64,000 bases of DNA from Candidatus Thermofontivivens primus (GCA_031458695.1 JAVKJW010000001.1:32001-96000), one strand, 5' to 3'. Positions 9,774-19,653 are shown, counted from the stretch's first letter. The notes: generated by a model not told the origin, from the letters alone. Numbers and translations are program-made.

Positions 9774-9950
9774 CTAACATCCCTCGCCGAAGCCACTGGC
9801 CTCTACCCCGAGCCAGCGGAACTGGACGGCGTAAAGTCCTAGAAGGCAAACATCGCAGAGGATCCGATACCCGAAGGGCCATGCATCGGGCATCTCGGCG
9901 ATCTCCACCGGGGTCTGGCACCGCTCACACCGTTCTCTCATCTCCACCAT
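9774..9950 (-). CDS. Small CxxC...CxxC protein (58 aa)
   Basis: MVEMRERCERC...LCDVC; strong RBS AAGGAGGGGAGG; dedicated promoter upstream. Confidence 0.6.
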   Translation of the reverse strand: MVEMRERCERCQTPVEIAEMPDAWPFGYRILCDVCLLGLYAVQFRWLGVEASGFGEGC

Positions 9951-10083
9951 GCTGGGTACCTCCCCTCCTTGGAATCCCTGCTCGCAAACCACACGAAATC
10001 TCCTCCCAAGGCTTCGCCAGGCCTCCTTAAAAAGGCGACGCCCCTCGCACATGCGAGAGGCGTCGCGGCCTTAGCTTGGGTTC

Positions 10084-10112
10084 TTTATACCACAGGAACG
10101 GGGAGAAGTCAA
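10084..10112 (-). promoter_or_regulatory. Sigma70-type promoter for small Cys protein
   Basis: TTGACT-N17-TATAAA with TG extension. Confidence 0.6.
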
Positions 10113-10138
10113 CCTCATGGACACGGCGAACAACCCTC

Positions 10139-10167
10139 TTGACCTCCCTCCCGGGATATTGTAAAGT
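10139..10167 (+). promoter_or_regulatory. Sigma70-type promoter of first oxidase operon
   Basis: TTGACC-N17-TAAAGT. Confidence 0.55.
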
Positions 10168-10212
10168 TGTGGTTGATTAAACTATTGGAGATCTCTTTAG
10201 TCTCTTTTAGAG

Positions 10213-11040
10213 ATGGATTCGCTAGAGACCTCGAAAGGTCGCATACACTCAACCGGGAAGGCGTTCGCTGTTGTCCTGTGGATCCTCGTTGCGGCTGCGG
10301 TCCTCGGGACCATCGGGGCTAGCCGTCGCTGGTGGCTCCCTCCTCTCGCCTCCACCCAGGGGGCAGATGTCGATCGTCTCTTCTACCTCACCCTTGCCAT
10401 CACCAGCTTGGTGTTCGTCCTCGTGCAGATCCTGCTGGGTGTGTTCGTCTACCGGTTCATCGCCACAAAAGAAGAGAGGGCTGCCTCCTGGCATGAGCAT
10501 CGGGGGTTAGAGGTCTCCTGGACTTTGATCACCGCCGTTGTCCTTACCATCCTCATCTCCATGGGAGGGCTGGTGTGGGCAAAGCTCCATCAGCCTCCGC
10601 CAGCTGGCGCCCTCGTTGTCGAGGTGACGGCAGAACAGTTCGGATGGCGCATCCGGTATCCTGGCCCTGATGAGAAATTTGGGCGCACCGCACCGCAGCT
10701 CATCAGCGCGACAAACCCGCTTGGAATCGACCCAGCGGACCCGGCTGGCCAGGACGACGTTGTGACCCTGAACGACCTTCGCCTCGTGGAGAACCACCCC
10801 GTGCGTATCCTTATTCGCTCCAAGGACGTGATCCACAGCTTCTTCCTCCCCAACTTCCGCATCAAACAGGACGCTGTACCGGGGATGGCTGTGGAGGTGT
10901 GGTTCACCCCTCGAGTTGCCGGCGACTACCCCATTGCCTGTGCGGAGCTGTGTGGGGTCGGCCACTACATCATGCGGGGTCAGGTGAAGGTTGTCTCCCA
11001 GGAGGAATTCGAGAGATGGCTCCAAGGGAAGCGGGAGTAG
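10213..11040 (+). CDS. coxB: Cytochrome c oxidase subunit II (CuA), oxidase 1
   Basis: DVIHSFF, CAELCGVGHYIM CuA motif, LEVSWT; no fused heme c. Confidence 0.95.
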   Translation: MDSLETSKGRIHSTGKAFAVVLWILVAAAVLGTIGASRRWWLPPLASTQGADVDRLFYLTLAITSLVFVLVQILLGVFVYRFIATKEERAASWHEHRGLEVSWTLITAVVLTILISMGGLVWAKLHQPPPAGALVVEVTAEQFGWRIRYPGPDEKFGRTAPQLISATNPLGIDPADPAGQDDVVTLNDLRLVENHPVRILIRSKDVIHSFFLPNFRIKQDAVPGMAVEVWFTPRVAGDYPIACAELCGVGHYIMRGQVKVVSQEEFERWLQGKRE

Positions 11041-11056
11041 ATAAAGGAGAGGAAAG

Positions 11057-12790
11057 ATGAGTGCACACCAGACCCATACTGTCGTCGCGCACAAGGAGAG
11101 CTTCCTCCGCCGGTACATCTTTAGCCAGGACCACAAGATCATCGGGATCCAGTACTACCTCACTTCCTTATTCATGGCCGTCGTCGGTGGGATCCTGGCG
11201 ATGCTCATCCGCTTGCAGCTGGGCTGGCCGGGGAGCTCAGGGATCCGGCCCGATGCCTACCTCGCCTTTGTGACGATGCATGGGACGATCATGATCTTCT
11301 TCTTCCTCACCACCATCCTCACTGGAGGGTTCGGAAACTTCCTCATCCCCCTCCAGATCGGAGCAAGGGATATGGCCTTTCCCTTCTTGAACATGCTCTC
11401 CTACTGGCTGTTCCCTCCTGCGATCATCGTGCTCCTCGCTTCGTTCTTTGTCTCGGGTGGAGCCCCGAACTCCGGGTGGACAGCCTATCCGCCCTTGAGC
11501 GCCCTGAAGGAAGCGGCGCCTGGATCTGGCCTTGGGCAGACTCTCTGGCTCATCAGCCTGGCGATCCTCATCGTTGCCTTCCTATTCGGCTCCCTCAACT
11601 ACATCACGACGGTTCTGACCCTACGGACCCGCGGGATGTCCATGATGCGCCTCCCGTTAACGATCTGGGCGTTGTTCATTACCGCCATCCTCTCCCTCCT
11701 GGCGTTTCCCGTGTTGCTCGCGGCGGCGGTCATGCTCTTGTTTGACCGCATCGCCGGGACCAGCTTCTTCCTCCCTGCGGGCCTCGTCGTGGGAGGAAAG
11801 CTCATCCCATCCGCCGGCGGTTCTCCTCTCCTGTGGCAGCACCTCTTCTGGTTCCTGGGGCATCCAGAGGTCTATGTCCTGATTCTTCCTCCCATGGGAT
11901 TTGTCTCGGATATCCTGTCCACGTTCTCCCGGAAGCCCATCTTTGGGTACAAGGTAATGGTGGCATCCATTAGTGCCATCGGCTTCCTGAGCTTCATCGT
12001 CTGGGGCCACCACATGTTCGTGAGTGGCATGAATCCATGGTTGGGAACAGCGTTCATGGCCACGACGCTCGTCATTGCCGTTCCTTCAGCCATTAAGACA
12101 TTCAACTGGCTGGCCACTTTGTACAAGGCACGGATCACGATCTCCACGCCCATGCTCTTCGCGCTCGGGTTTGTCTCCCTGTTCGTCACCGGGGGGCTCA
12201 CAGGGATCTTTCTAGGCTCCCCCACCATTGACATCCAACTCCACGACACCTACTTTGTCGTGGCTCACTTCCATTTCGTGATGGCAAGCGCCGCGCTGTT
12301 CGGCGTCTTCGCCGGGACCTACTACTGGTTTCCTAAGATGTTCGGGCGCATGATGTCTGAACGCCTGGGTCGGTGGCACTTCTGGCTGACCTTCCTAGGG
12401 ATCTACGCCACTTTCTTCCCGATGCACTACCTGGGCATCGCCGGGATGATGCGGCGTATCTACTCGCCGCTGCTGTACCCGCACCTCCAGCCGCTCCAGC
12501 CCCTCAACGTCTTCATCTCCGTGGCCGCGTTCGTCCTAGGAGTAAGCCAGCTGATCTTCGCTTTCAACTTCTTCTGGAGCCTGTTCCGTGGGGAGAAAGC
12601 CCCGGTGAACCCCTGGAGGGCCAACACCCTGGAGTGGACAGCTCCTTCCCCACCGCCGCACGGAAACTGGGGAGAGACCCTCCCCACCGTCCACCGGTGG
12701 CCATACGATTACAGCGTCCCAGATGCGCGCGAGGACTACATCCCCCAGACCGTCCCCGTTGCTGTACCTGGCGCACGTCGTGAGGTATGA
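11057..12790 (+). CDS. coxA: Heme-copper oxidase subunit I, A1 type, oxidase 1
   Basis: DHKIIG, MHGTIM, GHPEVY, WGHHMF, VPSAIK, HFHF, MRR. Confidence 0.97.
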   Translation: MSAHQTHTVVAHKESFLRRYIFSQDHKIIGIQYYLTSLFMAVVGGILAMLIRLQLGWPGSSGIRPDAYLAFVTMHGTIMIFFFLTTILTGGFGNFLIPLQIGARDMAFPFLNMLSYWLFPPAIIVLLASFFVSGGAPNSGWTAYPPLSALKEAAPGSGLGQTLWLISLAILIVAFLFGSLNYITTVLTLRTRGMSMMRLPLTIWALFITAILSLLAFPVLLAAAVMLLFDRIAGTSFFLPAGLVVGGKLIPSAGGSPLLWQHLFWFLGHPEVYVLILPPMGFVSDILSTFSRKPIFGYKVMVASISAIGFLSFIVWGHHMFVSGMNPWLGTAFMATTLVIAVPSAIKTFNWLATLYKARITISTPMLFALGFVSLFVTGGLTGIFLGSPTIDIQLHDTYFVVAHFHFVMASAALFGVFAGTYYWFPKMFGRMMSERLGRWHFWLTFLGIYATFFPMHYLGIAGMMRRIYSPLLYPHLQPLQPLNVFISVAAFVLGVSQLIFAFNFFWSLFRGEKAPVNPWRANTLEWTAPSPPPHGNWGETLPTVHRWPYDYSVPDAREDYIPQTVPVAVPGARREV

Positions 12791-12834
12791 GTCGTAGGTG
12801 ACACAACAGATAGACGATAGACAGGGAAGATAAG

Positions 12835-13479
12835 ATGACTCAGCTCCTCGTAAAGGAAAAGACAAAGGAAAGCGCCGCCTACTGGGGAACCGGTTTTGAT
12901 AGGGATCCACCCGGAGGAGGTGGATGGGGGTTCGAGGAAGCCATGCCCTCATCCCGGTATAGCGCCAGGATCGCGGTGTGGTTCCTTCTCGCGGCCATCG
13001 CTATGCTCTTCATGGCCTTCACCAGCACGTACCTGTCGAGACGGACGGTGGCGGACTGGGTGCCCATCGCAGCGCCACGGATTCTCTGGGCCAACACAAC
13101 GATCCTCCTGGTAAGCAGTGGCTTGCTGGAGTGGTCTCGGCGGGCCCTCAGGCGCGGCAGCCTCTGGAGCGCGCAACGTGGCTTCCTGGGGACCACCTTG
13201 CTGGGGTGCACCTTCCTGGCCGGCCAAATCCTCGCTTGGCGTCAGCTCGTCCGCCAGGGGATCGGGCTCCAGGGGAGTCCCCACGGCGCCTTCTTCTTCC
13301 TCCTCACCGGCGCCCATGGGCTCCACATCCTGGGAGCGATCCTCGCCCTTGCCTTCGTGACCTTCTCCGCGTGGAAGGGGCGTTATTCGCCGGGTAACAT
13401 GGAACCCGTCGACCTGAGTGCGACCTTCTGGCACTTCCTCGACGGGCTGTGGTTGTACCTGTTCTTGTTACTCTTCTGA
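12835..13479 (+). CDS. coxC: Cytochrome c oxidase subunit III family protein
   Basis: NTTILLVSS, TGAHGLH, FWHFLDGLW. Confidence 0.92.
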   Translation: MTQLLVKEKTKESAAYWGTGFDRDPPGGGGWGFEEAMPSSRYSARIAVWFLLAAIAMLFMAFTSTYLSRRTVADWVPIAAPRILWANTTILLVSSGLLEWSRRALRRGSLWSAQRGFLGTTLLGCTFLAGQILAWRQLVRQGIGLQGSPHGAFFFLLTGAHGLHILGAILALAFVTFSAWKGRYSPGNMEPVDLSATFWHFLDGLWLYLFLLLF

Positions 13480-13497
13480 CCCTAAGGAGTTGGAGAG

Positions 13498-14154
13498 ATG
13501 GGAGAGAGCCCTGCTGTACAGACAATGGCCGTCAGAACGCTGCAGGAGATCGACCAGGAGCAGGTCCTGACATCTGACTGGGGCGGCGGACGCTCTCCTT
13601 TCGGGGTGAGCTGGGCCAAGTTCATGATGTGGATCTTCCTCGCCTCCGACGCCCTTACTTTCGCGGGGTTGCTCTCGGGGTACGGGGTGGCCAGGCTCCA
13701 CAGCGGGAACTGGCCGAGACAAGGGGAGATCTTCAACCTGTGGGTTGTGGCCACGATGACGTTCATCCTCATCTGCAGCAGCGCCACCATGGCTATGGCC
13801 GTCGGCTCGGCACGGCGTGGTGACCGGACAGCTGCAGTTCGGTTCCTGGCCCTGACCATCCTGGGTGGCCTCTCCTTCCTTGGCATGCAGGCCTATGAGT
13901 GGACGAACTTTATCCTCGAGGGGGCCCGCCTCACCACGAATCCCTGGGGGGTTCCTTTGTTCAGCGCCACCTTCTTTGTGATCACAGGGTTTCATGGAGG
14001 GCACGTGACAAGCGGCGTCCTGTACCTCCTGGGCGTCACCATCCGTGCTTTGCGCGGGCGCTATTCAGCCGAGGGCGTAGAGATTGCAGGTCTGTACTGG
14101 CACTTCGTGGACCTGGTCTGGGTCTTCATCTTCACGTTGCTGTATCTGATTTAG
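13498..14154 (+). CDS. coxC: Second subunit III family protein
   Basis: WIFLASD, TGFHGGHV, YWHFVDLVW. Confidence 0.92.
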   Translation: MGESPAVQTMAVRTLQEIDQEQVLTSDWGGGRSPFGVSWAKFMMWIFLASDALTFAGLLSGYGVARLHSGNWPRQGEIFNLWVVATMTFILICSSATMAMAVGSARRGDRTAAVRFLALTILGGLSFLGMQAYEWTNFILEGARLTTNPWGVPLFSATFFVITGFHGGHVTSGVLYLLGVTIRALRGRYSAEGVEIAGLYWHFVDLVWVFIFTLLYLI

Positions 14155-14208
14155 CTGGGAGTGAGCAGTAAGGAGTCAGGAGTTAGGAGTAAAGGAGAGG
14201 GAGGAAGA

Positions 14209-14502
14209 ATGGAAGGCGCAGGGCACGGTGGATACAAGATCTACATCCTCACCTGGTTCTGGCTGCTCGTCATCACAGCCCTTGAGGTCAGTATCACCCT
14301 AGTGCACATGCCAAAGATGCTTATGGCCTCCCTGCTTATCCTCCTGGCCCTCATGAAGGTCGCCCTCATCGCCGCATACTTCATGCACCTGCGGTTTGAG
14401 CGCTTGAGCCTCGTCTATGTCGCGGTGACGCCTCTGGTCTTCGCGGCCATCCTCTTCTTCGCCCTCGTGCCAGACGCCACCCGTCTCCCGGGCCTCCGGT
14501 GA
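14209..14502 (+). CDS. Cytochrome c oxidase subunit IV family protein
   Basis: ITALEV, KVALIAAYFMHLRFE; last gene of operon. Confidence 0.88.
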   Translation: MEGAGHGGYKIYILTWFWLLVITALEVSITLVHMPKMLMASLLILLALMKVALIAAYFMHLRFERLSLVYVAVTPLVFAAILFFALVPDATRLPGLR

Positions 14503-14743
14503 ACGGGGTTAACCAAAAAGTTGTCCCCGCAAGGCCGCGGCCTTAGCCAAGGGGGTAAGGCGGCAGGTTTATCGTATCCAAACGGCTGGAAGGAGCTAGG
14601 TGGAAGTGCCGTCAGACCCGGTACTCGGCGTCCAAGTTGTGAGGGGTAGTGGAGGGCGTGGAGGCACAGCAATCGCGTGGACGCGCAAGAGGCGGTGGGT
14701 GGAAACCGGATATCCGAAAGTAAGGCATAAAGGGGGGAGGCAA

Positions 14744-15532
14744 ATGCCAGAGGTTCAATCGCACGGGATACGCATCAGCTACGATGATTACGGCCAGGGA
14801 GAGCCGGCGCTCCTCTTCATGCCCGGCTGGTGTTCTAGTCGCAGAGTCTTTGACGAACTCACCCGGCGCTGCGCCCAATGGAGGCGCACACTTGCCATCG
14901 ACTGGCGCGGGCATGGACAGTCGGAGAGACCCACCGATGATTTCGGAGCCAGCGACCTCGCTGACGATGCCCTCGCCGTGGTCGAAGCGAGCCAGGCGGA
15001 CCGGGTGGTGCCCGTCGCGCTGGCCCATGCAGGCTGGATCGCCATCGAGCTGCGCCGCAGGCTGGGTGCTCGTATCCCAAAGCTCGTGCTGCTCGACTGG
15101 ATCGTCCTCGAAGCACCACCGCCCTTTCTTGGGGCACTGCAGTCGCTCCAGGATCCGGCCTTGTGGCAGCAAACGCGCGAGCAACTCTTCTCCATGTGGC
15201 TCCAGGGACTGGACATTCCTGCGTTGACCCACTTTGTGCGCGAGGATATGGGCTCGTATCCCTTTGAGATGTGGGCCCGCGCAGGCCGCGAGATCGGCGC
15301 CGCGTATGCAAAGGCCGGGAGCCCCCTCCAGGCCCTAGCCAGCTTGGACCCTCCCGTGCCGGTGCTCCATCTGTACGCTCAGCCAGAAGACCCAGGATAC
15401 CTGGCTGCACAGCGCTCGTTTGGTGCCGCGCATCCGTGGTTCCAGGTGCTGAAGCTCCAAGCGCGTAGCCACTTCCCCATGTATGAAGTGCCGGACGAGA
15501 TGGCGATGGCTATCGAGAGATTTGCAGCTTAA
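14744..15532 (+). CDS. Alpha/beta-hydrolase-fold cofactor-independent dioxygenase, Hod/Qdo/AqdC-like
   Basis: PGWC, DWRGHG, VPVALAHAGW, LLDW, WARAGREI..AY...GSP, HPWF, SHFP match recalled Hod motifs. Confidence 0.8.
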   Translation: MPEVQSHGIRISYDDYGQGEPALLFMPGWCSSRRVFDELTRRCAQWRRTLAIDWRGHGQSERPTDDFGASDLADDALAVVEASQADRVVPVALAHAGWIAIELRRRLGARIPKLVLLDWIVLEAPPPFLGALQSLQDPALWQQTREQLFSMWLQGLDIPALTHFVREDMGSYPFEMWARAGREIGAAYAKAGSPLQALASLDPPVPVLHLYAQPEDPGYLAAQRSFGAAHPWFQVLKLQARSHFPMYEVPDEMAMAIERFAA

Positions 15533-15536
15533 TTCA

Positions 15537-15643
15537 GGGGCTCCGTCAAGAGGTGTGTAAATGTCCAGGCGGCGACCTCCTTTTCCGTGACCTCAATGCC
15601 ATCCTCGTAGCCGTAGACCTCGGTCAGCAAGTCGGGGACATTT
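15537..15643 (-). mobile_element. IS256-family right-end remnant
   Basis: Minus strand encodes NVPDLLTEVYGYEDGIEVTEKEVAA followed by TTTACACACCTCTTGACGGAGCC, resembling an IS256 transposase C-terminus plus terminal IR. Confidence 0.55.
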
Positions 15644-15698
15644 TTCTGGGAACTGGAATCCATATTGCGCTGTGTCGATGATACCCCGTGTGTTTGTT

Positions 15699-15758
15699 GC
15701 GGCCATCCTCCTCTTCGCTCTCTGCCCGGATGCCACCAGGATCCCGGGTCTCCGGTGA
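15699..15758 (+). repeat. Diverged direct repeat of coxIV 3' end (14443-14502)
   Basis: 49/60 nt identical by manual alignment; AAILLFALCPDATRIPGLR* vs AAILFFALVPDATRLPGLR*. Confidence 0.85.
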
Positions 15759-15767
15759 AGGGGGATA

Positions 15768-16796
15768 TTACTCACCAAGCCATTCCTGTGCAGGTATACT
15801 TAGGAACTCCTCCACAGGGATCCCTTACCCGCCTACCAGGAGCTTCCGAACAGACCGGTAGGTGCGTGCAAACAGCTCCATGCCGGGAAGCGACTCCTTG
15901 CGCCTCCCGCTTGTGACCTCAATGGCCACTAGATGGCCATTCCCGTGAAGGACGTAATCCACCTCATGCCCGTGCTCCCGCTAGTAGAACACCTCAACGC
16001 CTGTACCAGCAAGGCTGTTGACGAGATAGGCACCTACGGCCGATCCCACAAGGCGACCCCAGAATTCCGGATCCCCCCGTGCCTTCTCGAAGGGACGGTC
16101 CGAAGATGCTGTCATCAATGCAGTATTGAGCACAAGCAACTTGGGGCTTGATCCTCGCTGCCGGATGCGGGACCCGGAATACTTCTGGAGTCCCGTCACC
16201 ATCCCTGCCCCCGAAAGGAGCTGAAGGTAGTGCGCAAGAGTCGTGGTATTTCCTGCATCCTGAAGCTGGCCAAGCATTTTTTGGTAGGACAGCACCTGTC
16301 CTGAATCGTCACAAGCCAATCGAAACAGTTGCCGCAACAGCGCAGGTTTGTCCACCCTTGTGAGCAGGAGGATATCGCGGGCAAGCGCGGTCTCCACGAG
16401 GGAGTCCAGGATGTAGTGCGCCCAGCGATCTCTTTCGTCAATAAGGACGGCAGCTCCGGGGTAGCCACCGAAATACAGGTAACGATCTAGATCCCACCCA
16501 AAAGCCTGATGCATCTCCACGTAAGACCAGTGCGAGATACGGATCAGCTCAAAGCGGCCAGCAAGGCTCTCCGTGAGGCCCTCCTGGACAAGCAGCGGGG
16601 GAGACCCGAGGAGGATCACCTTAAGGTTGATGCCTGCTGCGGTGTCTTCATCCCAGAGGCGCTTGACCGTCTCCGGCCAGCCGGGAACTTTGTGTACCTC
16701 GTCAAGAACGAGCAAGCTGCCACCCTTTCCAGCCTCGCGGCTACGGATTCTCCCAACCTCCCACTGTGATGGGTCTATGTGGCGATCCAAATTCAT
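15768..16796 (-). pseudogene. AAA_14/DUF4143 ATPase pseudogene
   Basis: LVLDEVHK, ESLAGRFE, GGYPG; Walker A region missing; TAG at 15981 interrupts FY(W)RE..EVDY and a second internal TAA lies before the true stop at 15768. Confidence 0.85.
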
Positions 16797-16867
16797 GGTA
16801 TTGTCCTTGGCCCCTGACCTAAGTCAGTTGTGCCCATGGCACTGCGTTCTTTAAAATCCCCCCTAGA

Positions 16868-17590
16868 ATGGGGCGTCACTATCTGAAGGCTGCAATCCTA
16901 TGGATTCTCCTCACTGCGATAGGGGAGTTCCTTGCCCTTCGGATTCCTCTCTTTCCCACGGCCGCCGCAGAAGAGGCCAGGATCATTGACTCCTCGTTCA
17001 TCCTTCTCATGATCCTGGGGATCCCGGTGTTCACCTTCGTCCTGGCCGTGTTGATCTACACCCTCTCCACCTTCCGCAGCCGGGAGGAGGCGCCAGAAGA
17101 TGGTCCCCCGGTGCACGGGCGGCCTGCGGTGGCCCTGCTGTGGATTACCATTACGGCCGGCCTCGCCATCTACGTGATCTTTAACCCAGGGTTGAAGGGC
17201 CTAGCGGAGCTGAGGGCTAACCAGAGAGCCGACCTGATGGTCCGCGTAGAAGGGTCCAGGTGGTTCTGGAAGGTCACCTATCCGGAGTACGGGATCACCG
17301 CCAGGGAGATCGTGTTGCCTGTCCACAGGAGAGTTCGTTTTGAGGTCACCTCCGTCGACGTCGTCCACTCCTTCTGGGTCCCCGCCTTCCGGGTGAAAAT
17401 CGACGCCGTGCCCGGGATAGTGACCCGCGTATTCGTAACACCAACACAAACGGGGACATTTCAGGAGGACTATCACTTCCGGCTCCAGTGCGCGGAGCTG
17501 TGCGGGCTGGGCCATAGCATGATGACTGCCCCTGTGACGGTCCTGGAGCAAGGAGAATTTGACGCCTGGGTGGGTAAGGCGAAACCGTGA
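16868..17590 (+). CDS. coxB: Cytochrome c oxidase subunit II (CuA), oxidase 2
   Basis: DVVHSFWVP, CAELCGLGHSMM. Confidence 0.95.
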   Translation: MGRHYLKAAILWILLTAIGEFLALRIPLFPTAAAEEARIIDSSFILLMILGIPVFTFVLAVLIYTLSTFRSREEAPEDGPPVHGRPAVALLWITITAGLAIYVIFNPGLKGLAELRANQRADLMVRVEGSRWFWKVTYPEYGITAREIVLPVHRRVRFEVTSVDVVHSFWVPAFRVKIDAVPGIVTRVFVTPTQTGTFQEDYHFRLQCAELCGLGHSMMTAPVTVLEQGEFDAWVGKAKP

Positions 17591-17609
17591 AGGAAAGGGG
17601 CAAGGGGTG

Positions 17610-19457
17610 ATGGCATTTGCTCCCATCCTGAGAGGGCTTGTGTGGGGGGCCCTAGGATTCCTACTCGGAGGAGGAGGCGCGGTCCTTGTCCGGCTCCTTC
17701 TGGGCCTTCCGGCGTTCCAACCGGAGCCTCTCATCACCATCGGATACTTCCCTGGCCTCCTCGGATGGCTCCTGGGCGTAGGTGCCTGGGACGTTTGGGC
17801 ACGGGAGTGGTTCGGATTGCCGGTGAGGCGGGAGGCCGTCTATGACTGGCGGAGGTACTTCCGGTTCACCACCGACCACAAGGTCATCGGGGTCCAGTAC
17901 CTGGTCACCTTCGTGGTTCTGTTCCTCCTCGCAGGCTTCTTCGCCATGCTCATGCGCATCGAGCTGATGGCACCCGGCCCGACGATCATGTCGGCGGGCC
18001 TGTACAACCACATCATGAGCATGCACGGGATCATCATGATCGCCGTGGCTGTTGCAGCGATCATCGGAGGGCTCGGGAACTTCGCCGTCCCCCTCCTCAT
18101 CGGGGCCGAGGATATGGCCTTCCCGCGCATCAACGCCCTGAGCTACTGGCTGATCCCCCCCGTGGCTGTTCTCCTGGTCTCCACATTCTTTGCAGGCGGT
18201 TTTGATTCGGGGTGGACGGCTTACCCACCGCTCAGTGAGGTGAATGCACCAGGGCAGGTCTTGTTCAACCTTGCTGTGATCACCTTCGGCTTCTCCTCGA
18301 TTCTCGGAGCTCTCAACTTCCTCGCCACGATCCTCCGGCTGCGAGCTCCTGGAATGACTTGGAGAAGGCTTCCGATCTTCGTGTGGTCGATCTTCGCGGC
18401 GTCTTTCATCAGCCTCACGGCCACCCAGTTCCTGGCCGCCGGGCTCCTCATGATCCTCCTCGATAGGGAGGCGGGGATGACGTTCTTCAACGCCGCAAGG
18501 GGAGGTGCACCTCTCCTTTACCAGCACATCTTCTGGTTTTACTCCCACCCAGCGGTGTACATCATGATCCTCCCAGCATTCGGCTTGGCGCTGGAGATCC
18601 TCCCGCACTTCTCCCGGAAACCGCTCTACGCCTACCCTTGGCTCGTGGCGGGCTTCTTCGGCATCGTCTTCCTCAGCTTCATCGTCTGGGCGCACCACTT
18701 GTTCACCAGCGGCATGCCCGATTACCTCCATGGACCCTTCATGGCGACAACGGAGCTGATCTCCATCCCGACAGGCCTCGTCTTCCTCTCCGCGCTGGGC
18801 ACCATCTGGATGGGCAGGCTCCGGCTAAAGACCCCGATGCTCTTTGCCCTCGGCTTTTTGTTCAACTTCCTCATCGGAGGTGTCACCGGCATCTTCAACG
18901 CTGACGTGCCGACGGACCTGCACCTCCAGGATACGTACTTCGTCGTCGGCCACTTCCACTTCACCATCATGGGCGGGATGATCTTTGCCCTCTTCGCCGG
19001 GATCTACTACTGGTTCCCCAAGATCACGGGCCGTATGTACAATGAGACACTGGGAAAGCTGCACTTCTGGTGGATGTTCCTCACCTTCAATACAACGTTC
19101 ATTCCTATGTTCTGGCTCGGCCTCTTTGGTATGAACCGCAGGATCTTTGACTACCCGCCTGCTCTGGGGTCCGTCAACCGGTTCATCTCCATCTCTGCCT
19201 TCTTGCTGGGGTCCAGCTTCGTCGTCTTCGTCTCCAACATGGTTCTGTCATGGGCCAGGGGTCCCCAAGCGGCCGCGAATCCCTGGCAGGCGCGCACGCT
19301 GGAGTGGCAGGTCCCCTCACCACCACCTGTGCACAACTTCCCTGCCCCACCCCAAGTGGTGGGGCATCCCTACGACTACGGTTTCACGAACTCCGTGCAT
19401 GCTCTGGTGGGAGTAAGCGGGGGATCTGGAGAACAAGGGGTGGACACCGATGGATGA
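17610..19457 (+). CDS. coxA: Heme-copper oxidase subunit I, A2 (YS) type with N-terminal extra helices, oxidase 2
   Basis: DHKVIG, MHGIIM, YSHPAVY, WAHHLF, HFHF, NRR. Confidence 0.95.
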   Translation: MAFAPILRGLVWGALGFLLGGGGAVLVRLLLGLPAFQPEPLITIGYFPGLLGWLLGVGAWDVWAREWFGLPVRREAVYDWRRYFRFTTDHKVIGVQYLVTFVVLFLLAGFFAMLMRIELMAPGPTIMSAGLYNHIMSMHGIIMIAVAVAAIIGGLGNFAVPLLIGAEDMAFPRINALSYWLIPPVAVLLVSTFFAGGFDSGWTAYPPLSEVNAPGQVLFNLAVITFGFSSILGALNFLATILRLRAPGMTWRRLPIFVWSIFAASFISLTATQFLAAGLLMILLDREAGMTFFNAARGGAPLLYQHIFWFYSHPAVYIMILPAFGLALEILPHFSRKPLYAYPWLVAGFFGIVFLSFIVWAHHLFTSGMPDYLHGPFMATTELISIPTGLVFLSALGTIWMGRLRLKTPMLFALGFLFNFLIGGVTGIFNADVPTDLHLQDTYFVVGHFHFTIMGGMIFALFAGIYYWFPKITGRMYNETLGKLHFWWMFLTFNTTFIPMFWLGLFGMNRRIFDYPPALGSVNRFISISAFLLGSSFVVFVSNMVLSWARGPQAAANPWQARTLEWQVPSPPPVHNFPAPPQVVGHPYDYGFTNSVHALVGVSGGSGEQGVDTDG

Positions 19458-19653
19458 GACCAGGAAGCGCGCGCAGCTCCGTCTCGGGCTGTGGGTCTTT
19501 ATCGCCCTCATCATCTTGACGGTGGTGGAGCTATGGATCGCTTTTGCGGTGCCCAGGCCCCTCTTGTACTTGGTAGTCATCAACCTCGCAGATGCCTGGC
19601 TGATCATGGAGTACTTCATGCACCTTTCTCGGATGTGGCGCGCGGAGGAGTGA
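19450..19653 (+). CDS. Short cytochrome c oxidase subunit IV family protein
   Basis: LTVVE, EYFMHL; overlaps neighbouring genes. Confidence 0.8.
   Translation: MDETRKRAQLRLGLWVFIALIILTVVELWIAFAVPRPLLYLVVINLADAWLIMEYFMHLSRMWRAEE

Noticed and set aside
10166..10185. Possible Rex box (TTGTGGTTGATTAAACTA) at the cox promoter, and a similar AT-rich word at the nuo promoter
   Set aside because: Right half-site matches TTGTGAA-N4-TTCACAA too poorly to support
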